DNA of 64,000 bases, taken from the NCBI RefSeq assembly GCF_902652985.1, contig NC_047030.1:18600001-18664000 (forward strand). The letters run 5' to 3'. The notes beneath the pieces were generated by a model. That model did no database searches. It was not told the DNA's origin and saw only the letters and a program-made list of their open reading frames with translations. The stretch is from Pecten maximus. Lineage: Eukaryota. Within the stretch, counting starts at the first letter, position 1, and every line of letters starts with the position of its first letter. Positions 63,601 through 64,000 of this stretch are shown here, one piece after another. Position numbers and translations under genes: made by a program.

Positions 63601-64000
63601 AATGTCTAATGACGCAGACTTCACACGATTTTTATTGCTGCATGACGATCTTAAACCTCATTATTTATGGCAATTAGCTTTGCGTCATCCAAATTTTCTT
63701 TATAATATTGGATACATAATGAAATTGATTGTAACTGTTCGGGTAAGTAATGTTCAGCTTTTATGTCACCACTGTGGCCTTTTCTACACAGATTTTGTAA
63801 CTCATGTTATTTTGCAGTGTTCTGTAACGGATAATATCCGTGATAATCTATGGTGTATTATAGCATCCATTTCAAGTATAGAACTAAGTACATATCTGCA
63901 TTCACTACCTGATTATTCATTAATACATATTTTACTAGGTGGTCCAATGAACCATCAGGTGAATGAATCTGATCATGAAGAATTTAGATTAGAGTCCATA
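60593..64000 (+). CDS. LINE ORF2: AP endonuclease + reverse transcriptase + C-terminal CCHC knuckle (at least 1136 codons, partial)
   Basis: APE motifs WNCEG, LSEHW, GDFN, IDHV, SEHCPI; RT motifs YRGITLL, FLDSSKAFDTVWH, GILQGGALS, QADD (62789-62800, in frame with the ATG); CHHC..H..C near 63765-63820; no stop called by the ORF track. Confidence 0.93.
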   Translation, partial: MTESNKVNAMCWNCEGIMAGMPYLLKCLDTYDIDICGLSEHWVREYQLSFFNSFNHSGYKCFVKPVYEVDPFRYKCSIRGGVCLLYKSLLNVQEIIIDSPRIVGLELQSASGEYSYWFSVYMPASSRPFEIFQEHVDILESLYDVYSDKGKVFIIGDFNVKVRGDRYQFTDNNRSRLFQQFLDKTNMISLNVQSECTGPICTFYPETDNSTAIDHVLIESNSIDLTMYCKVLDDDGNVSEHCPIVCSVGVPKSFTGNTSRCNKYKWKKALSDGSICNYQCYVKRLLDCIRVPTGNPSGHDIDCYYNNICSALLEAADKCIPKTMYKKYQKPYWDESLTVLHNEMLHKRHLWIQSGKRRQDCRSFSEYKKYKTKFRRQLRKSFESYMKNQFAEIDRSGDLDQNLFWQLFKSKKSASRAKQTELKYEGKVFRDPHDIINGWRLHFQHIFKNHDDKEFDCHFRDEMEKRIKMLKSSIHSDENLFLRDNFTFSEINLICKNLKSGKAGGHEGLVYEHIKYAGHSVINHIQNLFNLVVKHEYIPKSWKHGIIVTMYKGHRKPKDDPNSYRGITLLPVFFKMFEVAIAKRISYVIESDVFPNKQQSAYQKNLCSLCTAFNLQECIYYNMENGSDVYVSFLDSSKAFDTVWHDGLLAKLYDIGLTGKVWNILKFMYTDINSSVFFNGLISAPVKMERGILQGGALSAKMYLIFINDLLDEVERCGRGAMIIDKTVNIPTQADDICLVSTNITSLSKMLSICESYSRKWRFLYSASKSKVVVFSNKRTITINCTLRLYDNILPVVSEITHVSILLNDKHNSIERTKQACTKLKSGTMALLRSGVHQCALNPLTIAKILKIKVYPSALYGCELWVLSNTELLMLERAQHFIVKSIQGFGKRTRTDMCTSLIGWLSIEAYIDIKKLLYLGRICRMNRNNLICRVFISRFFMYIVSNCSQKGFIPDIVRILKKYNLYEYIVLFLDDGSFPNKIHWKSLIYKSVSNYETNAWLHRMSNDADFTRFLLLHDDLKPHYLWQLALRHPNFLYNIGYIMKLIVTVRVSNVQLLCHHCGLFYTDFVTHVILQCSVTDNIRDNLWCIIASISSIELSTYLHSLPDYSLIHILLGGPMNHQVNESDHEEFRLESI

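Larger units (their letters stand above)
59453..64000 (+). mobile_element. non-LTR retrotransposon (LINE, APE-type, two-ORF; RTE-X-like by architecture), 3' end beyond window
   Basis: ORF1 region 59453-60606 followed by an overlapping ORF2 from 60593. Confidence 0.93.

Overview
AT-rich, repeat-dense eukaryotic (animal) genomic DNA. The SINE and HINE repertoire suggests a bivalve mollusc (inference). Three spliced genes can be reconstructed by hand with phase-consistent GT-AG junctions. (1) USP5/USP13-type deubiquitinase, minus strand, 20 coding exons, 45239..25094, 806 aa. (2) CDCA3/Tome-1, plus strand, 50369..52361, 220 aa; it lies head-to-head with USP5 across a CCAAT + CDE/CHR promoter at about 47.1-47.3 kb. 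(3) CPTP/GLTPD1, minus strand, 59009..57974, 209 aa. A young two-ORF LINE (APE + RT with a QADD motif + CCHC knuckle) runs off the right end, and a possible first coding exon of a fourth gene lies at about 14.2-13.9 kb. The rest is tRNA-derived SINEs, two HINE/Helentron-type elements carrying a 155-bp satellite, hAT-like and Tourist-like MITEs, and more than 12 minisatellites. The most striking signal is that several minisatellites are amplified copies of functional micro-sequences. Three USP5 introns start with arrays whose unit is the exon end plus its own 5' splice site, creating ladders of duplicate donors. One array is the A-box half of a tRNA-like unit, and one is an arm of a hairpin. 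One USP5 intron holds a three-level SINE > TIR transposon > HINE nest, with intact target-site duplications on the two outer layers.
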